Part shown: one piece after another, positions 1-10,313 of the stretch
Layout: every line of letters starts with the position of its first letter
Position numbering within the stretch: the first letter of the stretch is position 1
Assembly: GCA_963783575.1 (NCBI GenBank)
Contig: CAWAOD010000013.1
Span: forward strand, 128,001 to 192,000
DNA length: 64,000 nt
From: an uncultured Spirochaetota bacterium
GTDB lineage: Bacteria > Spirochaetota > Brevinematia > Brevinematales > JAOACQ01
Direction of reading: 5' to 3'
Translations under genes and position numbers: made by a program
Notes under the pieces: model-generated
What the model saw: only the letters and a program-made list of their open reading frames with translations
What the model was told of the DNA's origin: nothing
The model's database searches: none

Positions 1-1
1 T

Positions 2-604
2 GTCAACATTACGGATAAAGATGGCAAAACAGCTTTAATTTGGGCGGCCGAATGGGGACATACGAATGCGGTTATAGCATTGGTCAAGGCGAAGGCCGAT
101 GTCAATGCCGCTGATGAAGACGGAAAGACGGCTTTGATGTGGGCGGCATTGAAAGGCGCCCCTCAGGGAGTAGTAAAAACATTAATCAAAGCGGGCGCCG
201 ATGTCAACGCTGTGGATGTGGACGGCTGGACAGCTTTGATATACGCGGCCGCATATGGTAAAAGAGAAGAAGATACATATGGGTTATTGAAAGCCGCATT
301 TGTTAATGTTAAGTCGGCGGATAAAATTAATGGTATGACAGGTTTGAAGATGAAGGCAGGGTACGGGCACAAAGACATAGTTAAAACACTTATCAAAGCA
401 GGGGCCGATGTTAATGTTGTGGATAAAAATGATGGATGGACGGCTTTAATATACGCGGCAAATCGTGGAAATACAAAAATGGTTAAAGCATTGATAGCGG
501 CAAAAGCCGATATCAACGCAGTGAATAAAGATGGTAAGACGGCTTTGCTTCTGGCTGAAGATCCTGTTATCATCAAGCTTTTAAAAGAAGCCGGGGCGAA
601 ATAA
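2..604 (+). CDS. Ankyrin-repeat protein, 5'-truncated by the window edge
   Basis: Repeated ADVNAxDxDGxTALxxAA units; the frame is open from position 2 (VNITDKDGKTALIWAA) to the stop at 604. Confidence 0.93.
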   Translation, partial: VNITDKDGKTALIWAAEWGHTNAVIALVKAKADVNAADEDGKTALMWAALKGAPQGVVKTLIKAGADVNAVDVDGWTALIYAAAYGKREEDTYGLLKAAFVNVKSADKINGMTGLKMKAGYGHKDIVKTLIKAGADVNVVDKNDGWTALIYAANRGNTKMVKALIAAKADINAVNKDGKTALLLAEDPVIIKLLKEAGAK

Positions 605-608
605 CTCT

Positions 609-686
609 GCAACATCGTGTTGCTGCCGAACAGAGTTCGGCTGGATGATGACTATTGGGTGGATGTCATGGGACATCCTTGTCCCC
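609..686 (+). repeat. Three-hairpin dispersed repeat, copy 1
   Basis: GCAACA-tcg-TGTTGC, GCCGAAC-aga-GTTCGGC, GGGACA-tcct-TGTCCC; related copies at 1702, 34063, 49241 and 56464. Confidence 0.8.
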
Positions 687-1068
687 AAGGTTACTTGGTT
701 CGCTTGTTTAAAATTATAATATACTTTCCTCAGAATGATCAGCATTTCCAGGTACGCATGAATCAAATTGCGCTAGCAAAAGTAACATTCTTCCTGCGCT
801 GTGCTTTCCCGTGAATCTTGTAGAAAAGAACACCGGGAGATTGATAAACAATTCTTTTATGATCAACAAAAATCTGAATTAACCGGTTCTCTATGGTTAT
901 TGGCCGGTTGTTCAGTAAGGATGAATAATATAACGGAAGCATTATTTCTAATATTCTTTTTTTGAAATATACAACTACTAAGTAAAATATTCCTTAGCAG
1001 GATTAATAAGGAATAATTTATGAATATTAAGACAGAAAAATCTATTTTTATACAATATTTCATTTCTA

Positions 1069-1433
1069 ATGAATGCTATCTGCAAAATTCCCCTCGATAC
1101 GGAAATCGCTATTGTCTTAAGTGAAGAACTTGAAATTGAAATAACCACTGATATGGTAGAAAGTGCGAGAGGAAAAGAGGAAGGCATAAACCAAATAGTA
1201 AAGAACAATAATTCAAAGATAGAAAAAAGCCAAATATAGCAGAAAAACTATTTGAAAATTTGTTCAAGAAATATTCGCAGGATAAGGATAATACATTTTT
1301 TGAAAGGCCGATTTTTATAGTTATTGATAAAATTGCAGAACTTGCGGCTCTTAACCATCCTCCGGTAAATAGACAGATTGAATTGGAAAATAAAAATTTT
1401 ATTGAAAATATTTTAAAAACAAAGCATAAATGA
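1069..1433 (+). pseudogene. Degraded or frameshifted coding remnant of unknown family
   Basis: Two protein-like frames (MNAICKIPLDTEIA... and ...KKPNIAEKLFENLF...KTKHK*) joined by a shift near 1210; family not recognised. Confidence 0.35.
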
Positions 1434-1701
1434 AATAGTTTTAATTTGGTTAATCGTTTATTCCCGAGCTTAGTATTAATAAACAAAACCCGTTTAAACG
1501 CCCTCCGCAGCATTAGCACCATTTCTGATTGAGCTTTTGTGTGGTTAAATAGGAATCTCTGTATTAATACTGTTGTTATTCCCATTTAATAATAAGAAAA
1601 TCTTTTATAAAACCCGGAATAACAACGCCAAAATTCTAAAAGCTTTTATTTAATATATCATTCCCCCTTAATAAATAATCTATTATTTACTTTAACCAAG
1701 A

Positions 1702-1777
1702 GAACAGGATGTTCAATGGAACTTTTTATAGACTATGCAGATAGCCGAACGCTAGTTCGGCAGCAACACGATGTTGC
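1702..1777 (-). repeat. Three-hairpin dispersed repeat, copy 2
   Basis: Reverse complement reads GCAACA-tcg-TGTTGC-T-GCCGAAC-tagc-GTTCGGC...GAACA-tcc-TGTTC; lies downstream of tsaB. Confidence 0.8.
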
Positions 1778-1883
1778 AGAAATGGTGCTAATGTAAAGGA
1801 GCGGTTCTTTCTTTCGCTTCCTTTCATTCTGTCCGCAACAGAAAGAAAGGAAGAAAGCCATATGCCGTGGCTTTACGGTAAAA

Positions 1884-2585
1884 TTATTTTTTATCCCGCT
1901 GCGCTTCCGCCTCGCTCATCCTTAGATAAACCGGAGAAATGTCTTTAACATCACTTATGATCAAAGGATCTTTTGCCGCTTTTTCAAGCGCCTGACGGCA
2001 GATGATATTTCCCCGGATAAAAGCATCGGGCATAAAATGAATTATTTTGCCAGGAATATTCTGAAATATAGAGCCATGCCGCTGAATACCGTCACCTAAA
2101 ATCATTATATTTTCTTCATCAAATTTCATGATCATATTCCTAAGTTTCGCAGGTTCAATGTCCATATCTTCTGAAATTTTTCCCCCATTCCTGTAAATTG
2201 CCGTAAAAACCTTGTTCATTCTCGCGTCGGTCATCGGTATGGAAATGACATTTTTGTCTGCAACTTTAATACCGGCTGAATCGGTTAAAAGATCAAGGGA
2301 TGAAAGCGGGATAATTTTTTTTGAAAGGCTCCATGCCATTGATTTTACAGCGGCTATCCCTATCCTTAAACCGGTGAAGGAACCTGGCCCGATTCCGACG
2401 GCAAAAACATCGACATCTTTAATATCTTTTTTCAGGATTTTCAATCCCGAATCGATGGCAAAAAATAATTTTTCTTCCTGGCTTAATGGTGCTTTAAGGT
2501 TTATTTCCATCATTTCTTCATTGGAAAAATAAAAGCCGATGGATGTGTAGGTTGCGGATGATGTATCGATTCCAAGTATTGTCAT
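1884..2585 (-). CDS. tsaB: tRNA threonylcarbamoyladenosine biosynthesis protein TsaB
   Basis: ILGIDTS, GPGSFTGLRIG, DARM and P-x-YLR motifs. Confidence 0.95.
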   Translation of the reverse strand: MTILGIDTSSATYTSIGFYFSNEEMMEINLKAPLSQEEKLFFAIDSGLKILKKDIKDVDVFAVGIGPGSFTGLRIGIAAVKSMAWSLSKKIIPLSSLDLLTDSAGIKVADKNVISIPMTDARMNKVFTAIYRNGGKISEDMDIEPAKLRNMIMKFDEENIMILGDGIQRHGSIFQNIPGKIIHFMPDAFIRGNIICRQALEKAAKDPLIISDVKDISPVYLRMSEAEAQRDKK

Positions 2586-3136
2586 AATGAAGCCTCTAAA
2601 TTTTTCCGGAAAATGGATAATCTTGTATCCCCGTAATCTTTTTGTTCTTTAAAAAATGGATAATATGATAGGTCATCCCTGCTGCTGTGCTCTGCAATAA
2701 AGATCCCGCCCTCTTTCAGGCAGGATAAGGCTATCTGAAATATTTCATCGAAATATGGCTTTAAATCAATGTAAAATGGGTCCGCGAAAACAATATCAAA
2801 AAGCTTGTCACCGAGAATTTCGTTATCCAGCTGGGTAACATTGTGTTTTATAGTCCTGTAAGATGATTTATCCTGAACAATGGATTCAAGGTTATTTTTG
2901 AGTATGGAATAAGCCTTGCCCGCGCTTTCGACAAAACATACAAAACCGGCTCCGTTGCTAAGTGCTTCAATGCCTATAGCGCCGGTACCGCAAAATAAAT
3001 CCAGAAACCTTGAATGTTTTAACTTGTTCTGCAGAATATTCATTACAGCCTGTCTGACTTTATCCGTTGTCGGCTTAATACCGGATTTCGGTACGATAAG
3101 GCTTTTGCCTTTATATATACCCGAAGCGATTTTCAT
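2582..3136 (-). CDS. rsmD: 16S rRNA m2G966 methyltransferase RsmD
   Basis: MKIASGxYKG, PTTDKVRQA, LDLFCGTGAIGIEALSNGA, DPFY. Confidence 0.92.
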   Translation of the reverse strand: MKIASGIYKGKSLIVPKSGIKPTTDKVRQAVMNILQNKLKHSRFLDLFCGTGAIGIEALSNGAGFVCFVESAGKAYSILKNNLESIVQDKSSYRTIKHNVTQLDNEILGDKLFDIVFADPFYIDLKPYFDEIFQIALSCLKEGGIFIAEHSSRDDLSYYPFFKEQKDYGDTRLSIFRKNLEASL

Positions 3137-3150
3137 AATACTTAATTACC

Positions 3151-3867
3151 CTAAGAACTGCTGCCGGCGTTGATAAGCGTCCCGGCTTTCTCGCCAAGTA
3201 TCGCGTTTTTAATGTTCCCCTCGGTAAAGATATTAAGGATCATTATGGGAAGATTATTCTCCATGCAAAGCGTAATTGCCGTTGAGTCAACAATCCGTAA
3301 CTGCTGGTTCAGAACTTCCTGATAGCTGATCTCATTGAATTTAACCGCATCTGAAAATTTTTTAGGATCTTTATTATAAACCCCGTCAACTTTTGTCGCT
3401 TTCATCATAATTTCAGCGTTTATTTCAATGGCCCTAAGGGCTGCCGCGGTATCGGTTGAAAAATAAGGATTACCGGTCCCGCCCGCGAAAATAACAATTC
3501 TTCCTTTTTCAAGATGCCGGATTGCCCGCCTGCGTATAAAGCTTTCGGCAACCGACGAGACTGTAATGGCCGATTGAACCCTGGTTTGAAGGTGGAATTT
3601 TTCTTCCAGAACGGCCTGAAGGGCAAGTGAATTTATGACCGTGGCGAGCATGCCCATATAATCCGCGGTTGTTCTGATTACGCCGAAATCTTCCGCGTCT
3701 ATTCCGCGGATGATATTTCCGCCCCCGACGACAACACCAAGATCAACATTGAGAGAGCTGGCTTCGGCTATCTGCTTGGCAACTTCGCTGATTGCCTGAT
3801 AATCAAGGCCGCCTTTTGTTCCCCCGAATACTTCGCCGCTTACTTTCAGCAGGACCCTTTTATACAT
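3151..3867 (-). CDS. pyrH: UMP kinase
   Basis: RVLLKVSGE, GGGNIIRG, DYMGMLAT, GNPYFSTD; start placed at MYKRV after an AGGAGG RBS. Confidence 0.97.
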   Translation of the reverse strand: MYKRVLLKVSGEVFGGTKGGLDYQAISEVAKQIAEASSLNVDLGVVVGGGNIIRGIDAEDFGVIRTTADYMGMLATVINSLALQAVLEEKFHLQTRVQSAITVSSVAESFIRRRAIRHLEKGRIVIFAGGTGNPYFSTDTAAALRAIEINAEIMMKATKVDGVYNKDPKKFSDAVKFNEISYQEVLNQQLRIVDSTAITLCMENNLPIMILNIFTEGNIKNAILGEKAGTLINAGSSS

Positions 3868-3909
3868 ACAGCCTCCTTTTTTATTGATTAAAGGAAGAAC
3901 CAACCGTTC

Positions 3910-3935
3910 AAAAAAAAACCCCTCAAACTGAGGGG
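3910..3935 (-). terminator. Intrinsic terminator between tsf and pyrH
   Basis: CCCCTCA-gtt-TGAGGGG hairpin followed by a T-run on the minus strand. Confidence 0.75.
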
Positions 3936-3943
3936 CTTAATCT

Positions 3944-4777
3944 TTATAAAGAAGCTCTGACGAAAGTGTTAATTTTAAAAGTAACACCTTTAGTTTTTAT
4001 AAAATCATTTAAAATTGACCTGACTTTCTTTTCTTCATCCAGAATAAATAGCTGTTCCAGTAATATGGATTCGTTATAAAACTTTTCCAGTTTTCCTTTT
4101 ACGATGTTTTCAAGTATTTTTTCCGGTTTGCCGGTTGCTTTGGCTTCTTCCATAAACACCGATTTCAACTCGGCAAGCTTATCGGAAGGAATAGTATCAG
4201 TATCGACCGCTACAGGATTCATCGCGGTAATCTGCATCGCTATATTCTTCTGTAATTGCTTGATATCATCATCGATATTGTCCGTTTCAAAATCAACAAT
4301 TACGCCGATCTTGTTAGGACGTAATGAATCCGAATGCATGTAAGGGTATAATTCTCCCTTTGCTTTAATGAACTTCCATTCCGAAATCAGGATGTTTTCT
4401 CCAAGCTTCGCGATGGCATTCCTTCTGAGGTTCTCCAATTCTTCAGGCAATGCTGAAGAGAAAGCGGAATCTTTTTTAAAAATCAATTCCGTAGCATCTT
4501 TGACAAAACTTTTAAAATCTTCCGTCTTGGCCACAAAATCGGTTTCGCAATTTATCTTCACTACCAGGCCTTTTTTGCCCTCTATTTTACACGATACAAT
4601 CCCTTCGTTAGCGGCTCTTCCAACTTTTTTATCGGCTTTATTCAGACCTTTTTTCCTTAAAATTTCTACGGCTTTCTGCATATCCCCGCCGGTTTCTACA
4701 AGTGTCCGTTTGCAGTCTACCAATCCTGCTCCGGTCTTTTCCTGTAACTCTTTTATCAAACTTACGCTAATTTCCAT
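3944..4777 (-). CDS. tsf: Translation elongation factor Ts
   Basis: IKELQEKTGAGLVDCK, NCETDFVAK; located between rpsB and pyrH. Confidence 0.97.
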   Translation of the reverse strand: MEISVSLIKELQEKTGAGLVDCKRTLVETGGDMQKAVEILRKKGLNKADKKVGRAANEGIVSCKIEGKKGLVVKINCETDFVAKTEDFKSFVKDATELIFKKDSAFSSALPEELENLRRNAIAKLGENILISEWKFIKAKGELYPYMHSDSLRPNKIGVIVDFETDNIDDDIKQLQKNIAMQITAMNPVAVDTDTIPSDKLAELKSVFMEEAKATGKPEKILENIVKGKLEKFYNESILLEQLFILDEEKKVRSILNDFIKTKGVTFKINTFVRASL

Positions 4778-4795
4778 AATTTCTCCCTGCACGAT

Positions 4796-5605
4796 TTATA
4801 TTTTCTTTATCAGCTCTTCTTCTATAGCTTCAGCCTCATCAATATCGGCTGTTTCGGATGTTTCATCCAGGACTTCTTCAATTTCCTGCTCCACGTCTTT
4901 CTTAGCCGCAAAAGTCGACCCTTCAATAACGGCATCGGCTATTACGGAAGTCAAAAGCTTAACCGAACGGATAGCGTCGTCATTACCGGGAACGACATAG
5001 TCCAGCAAATCAGGATCGCAGTTAGTATCGGCAATACCGAAAACCTTTACTCCGAGGGCTTTAGCTTCCATAATGGCGTTTATTTCCCTTTTAACATCGA
5101 CAACCCACATCGCATCGGGGATTTTTTTCATATCACGAACGCCTTCGTAGAAGGATTTCATTTTGGTAATTTCTCTTTCAATTTCAAGAGCATCCCTTTT
5201 TGATATGCTTTCCCTTTCACTTTCCAGCTTTTTCTCAAGCCTTTTTAGTTTGTCAATGCTTTTTTTAATGGTTGAATAGTTTGTCAGCGTACCGCCGAGC
5301 CATCTTTTTGTAACATAAGGCATTCCGCAGCGGGAAGCCTCTTCCAGAACCGAACTCTGTGCCTGTTTTTTTGTCCCGACAAACAGAACGGTTCCATCTC
5401 TTGATATCAATTCCTTCATAGAATTGTAAGCTTCTTTAAGCTTGTCCATGGTAAACCGTAAATCTATGATATAAATTCCGTTCCTCTTCATAAAAATAAA
5501 CTGCTTCATTTTCGGATTCCATCTTTTTGTCTGATGCCCGAAATGAACTCCAGCTTCCAGTAAACCACTCATCAGTGCTTTTTCGTCATAGATTATACTT
5601 GCCAT
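4796..5605 (-). CDS. rpsB: 30S ribosomal protein S2
   Basis: LLEAGVHFGHQTKRWNPKM, RWLGGTLTN, PGNDDAIRS. Confidence 0.98.
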   Translation of the reverse strand: MASIIYDEKALMSGLLEAGVHFGHQTKRWNPKMKQFIFMKRNGIYIIDLRFTMDKLKEAYNSMKELISRDGTVLFVGTKKQAQSSVLEEASRCGMPYVTKRWLGGTLTNYSTIKKSIDKLKRLEKKLESERESISKRDALEIEREITKMKSFYEGVRDMKKIPDAMWVVDVKREINAIMEAKALGVKVFGIADTNCDPDLLDYVVPGNDDAIRSVKLLTSVIADAVIEGSTFAAKKDVEQEIEEVLDETSETADIDEAEAIEEELIKKI

Positions 5606-5673
5606 ATCTTCACTTTTCCTCCACATGAATTTTAAATAATTAATTTAAGGGGAATAATGATTTATGTCAAATT

Positions 5674-6948
5674 TTAAACGGAATATGTTCCAAAAAGGCG
5701 GTATATTTTAGCGAACTCGGGATTATTTAAAACGGTGAGTTGAAATGCAAGTTCAATTTCCTCGGGTTGAAAAATGCCGTAAAAAAACTCAATGTCCGAT
5801 GAGAAAAAATTTTCCTGTTCGTCAGATATCTCAAAAGGTGAAGCAATAACGTATTGAGAAGTATTTTTTAAGAATGATGAAGTGATACCTCCGGCAAACA
5901 TTCCGGTTTTACAGCAATTTAAAAAAGCAAAGCCTATATTATCAGCGAAAGGCAGTTCTTCAAGAAGTTTTCCCTCAATTTCAATCAAACCTTTTTCTCC
6001 TATTAATTCTCCATGGCCCGAAAAATGAAAATAATGGGCATTCCTGAGCCCTGTTTTATAATCTGAGAAATTATCGGATGAAAAACATTCGGCTTCATAA
6101 TGTGATTTCACAAGCTGATATAAATTGAATACTTCTTCCCGGGAATTGTTCAGGCGGTTTGAGTAAATAAAGGAGAACCCCCCTGTTTTTTTTAATAAAC
6201 CTGGTTTCCGGTCTATAACCGGAACTAAATTTTTAATATACAGGCTGCCGGATAAAAACTCAAACGGCATGTAAAGGTTTTTATCCTCCCAGAGGATAGA
6301 AAGGCGGTTGCTACGATTCATCCGGCTTTTGTCTTTATCAAAGAGCAAATCAATAAAACCCGGGCTGCTTTTTTCAAATACATCGCGTATTGTTGAAAAA
6401 TGCTCGATTAAATCTTCCCTTCGATTGTTTTTAATCGAAAAATCGGCATTATCCATTATATCATGAAATTCATTTTCAAGTTTTTTCCAGTCATTCCAGT
6501 TAATATAATTTTCCCTGAAAATATTACCCGCCGGATCTATAAAAATAAACCGGACATACATATCCTTTTTTGTTTTAATATGAAGAATATTATCAGGCAT
6601 ATCAAGGTTCCGACCAAATTGGGAAATTTTTTCGAGGTATGTCAAATCAAGGCATAAAAAATCCCGGTTTGCGAATAATACGTTTATGATTCTTTTATGA
6701 ATGGGAAGTTCTTTTAGAGGCTGCCCTTTTATATTCCACCCGGTAAAAGTTTTATCATTTGAAGAATGGATCTGTTCAATATTTATTATACGAAAAAGGT
6801 TCAACTTTTCACTTGAAAATAATGCTGCCATATCTCCCTGATTAAGGGCCGGGTTAATATCCGGCAGGGAGATGGTTGTTTCAAGCAGTTGTTTTGAAAT
6901 CTTTAGATTAGAGCCTTTCAGGCATAATATCCGTTTTACCCCGGCCAT
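5674..6948 (-). CDS. CHAT (caspase-like) domain-containing protein
   Basis: C-terminal HFSGHG and FLNCC motifs match the CHAT His/Cys dyad, preceded by MPFEFL. Confidence 0.65.
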   Translation of the reverse strand: MAGVKRILCLKGSNLKISKQLLETTISLPDINPALNQGDMAALFSSEKLNLFRIINIEQIHSSNDKTFTGWNIKGQPLKELPIHKRIINVLFANRDFLCLDLTYLEKISQFGRNLDMPDNILHIKTKKDMYVRFIFIDPAGNIFRENYINWNDWKKLENEFHDIMDNADFSIKNNRREDLIEHFSTIRDVFEKSSPGFIDLLFDKDKSRMNRSNRLSILWEDKNLYMPFEFLSGSLYIKNLVPVIDRKPGLLKKTGGFSFIYSNRLNNSREEVFNLYQLVKSHYEAECFSSDNFSDYKTGLRNAHYFHFSGHGELIGEKGLIEIEGKLLEELPFADNIGFAFLNCCKTGMFAGGITSSFLKNTSQYVIASPFEISDEQENFFSSDIEFFYGIFQPEEIELAFQLTVLNNPEFAKIYRLFGTYSV

Positions 6949-6958
6949 GATTACCTCT

Positions 6959-7855
6959 TTATTGAGGGGATTTTACTATAACAACGCGGGATTGGTTAAG
7001 GAACTTGACTGTTCTGGGATTTGCGAAAAGGCGGGCCGCGTCTTTTTTGTTTAATACAAGATATGTATTCATCCTTCCTGTTATTGAATAAGGAATGGTA
7101 TAAAAAATATGGGTGCCGCTCCGTGGGGAGTTATAAGCATAGCTGAGGCTTGTAGTATATTCGCAGACGCCGTAATTTTCGAGGGCGTCTTTATCCACAG
7201 TTTCAGGCCCGTAAAGAAGGATGCCGTCCTCATCATAAATCCTCATCTGTATGCTCGGGTTAAACTCTTTATAAGTCATTGTATCAATGATCAGACCGTC
7301 AAAATACTCCATATTTTTTGAGTCTTTCTGTACATAATTTGTCAGCGCAACCTTTTCAATGTCCCGGTAGAAAATACCGGCAATGCCTTCTTTTCCATAC
7401 AGGTTAAGTTCAACCAGCCCCAGGAAATGACCGCTTTGCTGAATAGCAGGATAATAAAACGCGCGGTCGGCATGAGCAATAATTTCGTAACGAACATCGC
7501 TTTTCATTGTATAATAGTCTTTCAGCAAAAAGATGTCAGAAATGCGCACATAGCCCATGGCTTTTATCAGCTTCTGCCTCAATTCGTCCCTGACTTCTGA
7601 ATAATTGTTGTCAACATATCTTCCATAATTTACCGGGCTTTCACTCATAAGGTTATCAATCTGCGATATTACTTTCCCTGTAGTCCAGTTGATGAGGCTG
7701 TCATAGTCGGGAATATTTTCCACAAGCTCATATTTTACCTTTTCACCTTTATTCCAGAGCAAATTAATGCTGTTTGTCTGGGCATTTATTTCATCGGAAA
7801 TCTTTACCGAAATAAAAAAAAGAATAAAAAAGAAAATAGATATTTTTTGCAACAT
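6959..7855 (-). CDS. Exported hypothetical protein
   Basis: 298-aa ORF with a hydrophobic N-terminal signal or anchor and a GGGAGG RBS. Confidence 0.8.
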   Translation of the reverse strand: MLQKISIFFFILFFISVKISDEINAQTNSINLLWNKGEKVKYELVENIPDYDSLINWTTGKVISQIDNLMSESPVNYGRYVDNNYSEVRDELRQKLIKAMGYVRISDIFLLKDYYTMKSDVRYEIIAHADRAFYYPAIQQSGHFLGLVELNLYGKEGIAGIFYRDIEKVALTNYVQKDSKNMEYFDGLIIDTMTYKEFNPSIQMRIYDEDGILLYGPETVDKDALENYGVCEYTTSLSYAYNSPRSGTHIFYTIPYSITGRMNTYLVLNKKDAARLFANPRTVKFLNQSRVVIVKSPQ

Positions 7856-7935
7856 TACCCTCCCGGAAAACTCTAATCTGTAAGATATCCATTCAATTTA
7901 TCGGCCGGATTCTATTTTTATTAATAGGCAATTAT

Positions 7936-7966
7936 AGTCGCTAGTCGCTAGTCGTCAGTCTTTAGC
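7936..7966. repeat. Short heptamer tandem repeat (TAGTCGC)n
   Basis: tagtcgc-tagtcgc-tagtcgt-cagtctt; similar tagtc/gacta units occur at about 49010-49083. Confidence 0.6.
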
Positions 7967-8190
7967 CTTTTTCTTCACATTCTTTCCAGCAACTTTATTT
8001 TAATTGTTTCAAATAATAGCCAAACAACCAAGCCTAACCCGTCTCATCCCCCGCCTTATTGGTCCCTATATTTATCGATCCCGCTGTTGGCATTCTCTTG
8101 TATTGGAATGGGAGCTCTTACCCCTGTAAACCCATGTCTCTATATTATAATAATTAGACCAATAACCAGATTTTAATCACGATGAAAAAG

Positions 8191-8445
8191 CTATTCAGCT
8201 TCCAGCAAACCTTTAACGGAAATATCTTCATCAATAGATTCCCAATGTATTCCGATCCCACCGCCTATAAACTCCCATTCGCTCAGTTCGGCTTCCGAAG
8301 CGTTCCTTAATCGTGGAAACCATTCCAGTGGCGCGGAAACAACGCGGCCGTCTTCAAGAAATACCGTCAATTCTTCTTTTGTAACCTTAACATCTATAGC
8401 TCGCGACGACATTACTACCAGCTTTTGTTTAATCAAAGTATCCAT
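8191..8445 (-). CDS. DUF2442 family protein, putative antitoxin
   Basis: LEDGRVVSAPLEWFPRL...GIHWESIDEDIS; overlaps the upstream DUF4160 gene. Confidence 0.88.
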   Translation of the reverse strand: MDTLIKQKLVVMSSRAIDVKVTKEELTVFLEDGRVVSAPLEWFPRLRNASEAELSEWEFIGGGIGIHWESIDEDISVKGLLEAE

Positions 8446-8665
8446 GCCATGCCTCCTTGAGCAGTTCAAGATTTTCCTCAATGATCCCGCGGATTTCGGT
8501 TAATTCGTGATTTTTAAACCTTATGTTTTCCGCAAGCGATACATCCGGTTTAATCCAGTATTTAGCGTACTGATCACCTTTCGCTATGTGTATATGCGCT
8601 GGTTCATTCCTTTCATTACTGAAAAAGAAAAACCGGTAACCCCGAATATATAAAATCCTTGGCAT
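8429..8665 (-). CDS. DUF4160 family protein, putative toxin
   Basis: MPRILYIRGYRFFFFSNERNEPAHIHI...AWHGYF; AGGAG RBS. Confidence 0.88.
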   Translation of the reverse strand: MPRILYIRGYRFFFFSNERNEPAHIHIAKGDQYAKYWIKPDVSLAENIRFKNHELTEIRGIIEENLELLKEAWHGYFD

Positions 8666-8802
8666 CTGCTCATTACTCCTAAAACATATTTTAACTATCA
8701 GGCAACTTTTTATCAAATTTATTCCATTCAAAAGTATAGCTTTCTCTCAATAATACATCAAAATACAATTCATATCAAAATATTAAATTTCCATTTCCAT
8801 TA

Positions 8803-8831
8803 TTGACAGGTGTATCAGTTTAATCTATAAT
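8803..8831 (+). promoter_or_regulatory. Consensus sigma-70 promoter
   Basis: TTGACA-17 nt-TATAAT, ending 29 nt before the ATG at 8860. Confidence 0.85.
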
Positions 8832-8859
8832 AGACATATTTATACAGGGGTATGTCATT

Positions 8860-10218
8860 ATGGTAAAGCAATCAATCCTGGTGATTGATGATGAAAAAAA
8901 CATTCGTGAAGGGCTGCGCGCGGCTCTCAAACTTGAGGGCTATGATGTCTTGGCTTCCGAAGACGGGCTTGACGGGCTTGAGAAGCTTAAAACAATCGGC
9001 GCAGATGCGGTAATTCTGGACCTGAAAATGCCGAACCTCGGCGGAATGGATTTTCTTGTTCAGGCTCATTCGATAAATAACGAAGCTCCGATAATTATTT
9101 TGACTGGACATGGCGGAGTTGACGAGGCTGTTGAGGCAATGAAGCATGGCGCTTATGATTTCCTGACAAAGCCCGTCAATATAGATAAGCTGTCGCTGGT
9201 TTTAAAGAGAGCGATAGATGAAAATACCAGGCTTCAAAGGCAGAATCAGCTTGAGGAAATGGTTGAGGAAAAATATAATTTCAATAATATCATAGGAAAT
9301 TCCAGGGCTTTTTTAAAGATACTCCAGATTGTCAAGCAGGTTGCCCCGACAGATGCTTCTGTTTTGATCACGGGTGAAAGCGGAACGGGTAAAGAGGTAA
9401 TAGCCAACAGCCTGCATATGAATAGTAAACGTGCAAAAGGACCTTTTATTAAAGTACATTGCGCAGCATTGCCTGAAACTCTTCTGGAAAGCGAACTATT
9501 CGGTCATGAAAAAGGTGCTTTCACCGGAGCGATTGCCAGAAAAAGGGGAAGGTTCGAACTGGCTGACGGCGGAACGATTTTTCTGGATGAGATCGGGGAG
9601 ATTTCACAAAATGTCCAGGTTAAACTGCTCAGGGTTCTTCAGGAACAGGAATTTGAGCGTGTCGGAGGGGAAGAAACTTTAAAGGTAAACCTAAGGATCA
9701 TTACAGCGACAAACAAGGACTTGAAAAAATCTGTAGAAGAGGGAAAATTCCGCGAAGATCTATTTTACAGGCTGAATATTGTAAATATCCATATTCCGCC
9801 GCTTCGCGACAGAAGGGAAGATATACCCCTTTTCGCTGATAATTTCATCAAATACTTTTCCAGAAAACACGGCAGGGATGTGCGGGATATTCAGCCGAAA
9901 GCATTGAAAATCCTTGAAAATTACCGCTGGCCCGGAAATGTCAGGGAACTGCAGAATTTGATTGAAAATCTGGTAGTTTTAAATACCGGAAATACTATAA
10001 CCGAAGATATGCTGCCCCTTTATATAACAGGTTATGCCGGCAGCGGGGGTTTTCAGGTGGAACCCGGCACTCCCCTGGATGAAATAGAGAAGAGAGCCAT
10101 ACTTTCCACGCTTGATTATTCCAATGGGAATAAGTCTCATGCCGCTAAAATATTAAATATCGGGCGTAAAACACTCCTGCGGAAACTTGAAGAATATGGT
10201 TTACAGAATAAAGAATAA
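8860..10218 (+). CDS. Sigma-54-dependent response regulator (NtrC family; REC-AAA+-Fis HTH)
   Basis: REC domain (DLKMP), [30 protein letters not shown]-terminal HTH. Confidence 0.96.
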   Translation: MVKQSILVIDDEKNIREGLRAALKLEGYDVLASEDGLDGLEKLKTIGADAVILDLKMPNLGGMDFLVQAHSINNEAPIIILTGHGGVDEAVEAMKHGAYDFLTKPVNIDKLSLVLKRAIDENTRLQRQNQLEEMVEEKYNFNNIIGNSRAFLKILQIVKQVAPTDASVLITGESGTGKEVIANSLHMNSKRAKGPFIKVHCAALPETLLESELFGHEKGAFTGAIARKRGRFELADGGTIFLDEIGEISQNVQVKLLRVLQEQEFERVGGEETLKVNLRIITATNKDLKKSVEEGKFREDLFYRLNIVNIHIPPLRDRREDIPLFADNFIKYFSRKHGRDVRDIQPKALKILENYRWPGNVRELQNLIENLVVLNTGNTITEDMLPLYITGYAGSGGFQVEPGTPLDEIEKRAILSTLDYSNGNKSHAAKILNIGRKTLLRKLEEYGLQNKE

Positions 10219-10313
10219 TATTTTCTAATATTATATCGATCTTTTACAAAATTTATTTTTTATTGTATAATTTTCGTCCATAATTAGTTTGTATTATATA
10301 TTTCCGGAGGTTT

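Noticed and set aside
863..1585. Minus-strand ORFs 863-1063, 978-1208 and 1109-1585
   Set aside because: F/L/S/I-rich composition typical of antisense frames; the plus strand looks more protein-like
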